DNA from: Yuukianura sp. NJ FZ-2021
Lineage: Eukaryota
Assembly (NCBI GenBank): GCA_046563655.1
Contig: CM102285.1
Span: 6,696,001 to 6,760,000, forward strand
DNA: 64,000 nt
Reading direction: 5' to 3'
The position numbers and the translations under genes are program-made. The first letter of the stretch is position 1. Each line of letters begins with the position of its first letter. The notes under the pieces are model-generated. The model did no database searches. It was given only the letters and a program-made list of their open reading frames with translations, and was not told where the DNA came from. Shown in pieces: positions 62,431-64,000 of this stretch.

Positions 62431-63437
62431 GGCCCTGACTAAAAGTCTGAAGTGCTATCTGAAGTTACTGTCTGAAGTGACGTAACTTCGTCCAGGAACG
62501 TGGGAAATGACTGGAAACCACAAAAACAATTCTCCCGTGACCTCCTTGTTTGTTTCCGTCACTGGGAAATGCTGGGAAGTCACTGGGGAAAAAACTACCC
62601 CTTTATCGTAGAGGGTGGGGGGATACTTTTTTACTGTCTGAAGTTGGAATAACTTTGGCCAGAGAAGTGGGAAATGCTGGGAAGTCATAAATCTGAGTTC
62701 CCAACATCCAGCCCATTAGTCCCCACCACTGGGAAATGCTGGGAAGTCCTTTGGGAAAAAACTACCTCTTTATTGGTAGGGTGAGGGGATACTTTTTTAC
62801 TGTCTGAAGTTGGAATAACTTTGGCCAGGGAAGTGGGAAATGCTGGGAAATCACAAAACTGAGTTCCCAGCATCTAGTTCATCAGTTCCCACTACTGGGA
62901 AATGGTGGGAAGTCCTTTGGGAAAAAACTACCTCTTTATTGGTAGGGTGAGGGGATACTTTTTTTACTGCCTGAAGTTGGAATAACTTTGGCCAGGTATG
63001 TGGGAAATGCTGGAAAATCACAAAACTGTGTTCCCAGCATCTGTTTCATTACTTCGCGCCACTGGGAAATGGTGGGAAGTGACTAGGGGAGAAACTACCT
63101 CCTTACTGTGGGGGTGGGGGCAAAACTCTGAAGTTGGAATAACTCTGGCTAAGGTAGTGGGAAATGCTGGAATTTCGCACATTCCTACTAGCCAAAATTT
63201 TTAACCAATGCGATTGCGATTTCTGACGAATCAGCGGAATAGTGGGTCCACTTCAGACAGCAACTTCAGACAGCTAAAGGGGTAGTTTTTTCCCCAGTGA
63301 CTTCCCAGCATTTCCCAGTGGTGGGATCGAGTGAGAAGGAGGTCGGAGAATTGTTTTTGTGGTTTCCAGTCAGTTCTGGAGTTCCTGGACAAAGTTAGGG
63401 GCACTTCAGACAGCACTTCAGACTTTTAGTCTTGGCC
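62431..63437. mobile_element. Non-autonomous Mutator-like element (MULE) with ~170 bp TIRs, 9 bp TSD and internal ~165 bp tandem repeats
   Basis: Ends ggccctgactaaaagtctgaagtgct / agcacttcagacttttagtcttggcc. Direct repeat agtaaattg at 62422-62430 and 63438-63446. Internal units start near 62560, 62727, 62891 and 63060. Confidence 0.9.
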
Positions 63438-63456
63438 AGTAAATTGCTAACAAGGA

Positions 63457-63546
63457 AAACCAGGGTGTGTCTATTCCCCGGACGCTTTTTTTCTTATTGG
63501 GTTAAACGGGGGAAAAGGGTCAGCGGAATAGTCAGCCCCTGGTTTT
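63457..63546. repeat. Small inverted repeat (possible tiny MITE)
   Basis: aaaaccagggtgtgtctattcc versus ggaatagtcagcccctggtttt. Confidence 0.5.
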
Positions 63547-63931
63547 TCATCATACACATATTACAGCATCTCTAACACAGTCCTCCTGTCCTCTGTGTGT
63601 GAGTGAAATGAGAGTTAACTCCTGGCTCTCTTATTCACTTTGTGTGAACAGGAGCAAAACATAAACAGTTAACTCTCACTCAAGCACACGAGGAAAACAA
63701 GCTATATGTCATAGTAGTGGTCTTCTTATCCACTCTCCTCATTTACTCTCCCAATAGCGAATCTACCCTCCGCTGCGCGCATGACAATTTTGTACAAACA
63801 ACGGTTGAAATAAACTAAATATTGGATAATTGCACCCAACATTTGTTTTTGGCCCGTGTTTTCCTAAATTTAACTATTGTGTAATCGTTTTTTGTGCGAT
63901 TAGTCAGTCAAACTGGTACGTACGCTACAGT

Positions 63932-63972
63932 CTAGAATCTTTCGGTGGCCGTAGGCCACCGAAGATTCTAGT
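63932..63972. repeat. Short GC-rich hairpin
   Basis: ctagaatct(t)tcggtggcc-gta-ggccaccgaagattctag. Confidence 0.65.
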
Positions 63973-64000
63973 TATACAGTAACAGTACTTTGTATATAAA

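Noticed and set aside
62455..63416. Short ORFs upstream of LRPPRC
   Set aside because: Translations of the MULE TIRs and internal repeats.

Overview
Eukaryotic (intron-rich, probably arthropod) genomic DNA at a satellite-to-gene boundary. Bases 1 to about 36,510 are a tandem array of a 127-130 bp AT-rich satellite (roughly 250 monomers with variant classes and higher-order structure). The array is interrupted by a 994 bp non-autonomous TIR element (790-1783, CTG target duplication) and by a 5'-truncated CR1/L2-group LINE (about 3090-6570) with an intact 922 aa APE-endonuclease/reverse-transcriptase ORF2. In this LINE, ORF1 and ORF2 are in the same frame, separated by one TGA followed by CAATTA, the classic CARYYA stop-readthrough context. 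The remaining 27 kb holds three conserved spliced genes: ARMC8 (minus, 12 exons), GLG1 (plus) and LRPPRC/bsf (minus). Their introns and promoters carry many non-autonomous DNA elements (P/hAT-like, Tc1/mariner MITE, Merlin derivative, Helitron-like, MULE), a perfect 64 bp palindrome and a possible nested antisense pseudogene. Gene and family calls come from motif recognition and manual splicing only; no database search was run.
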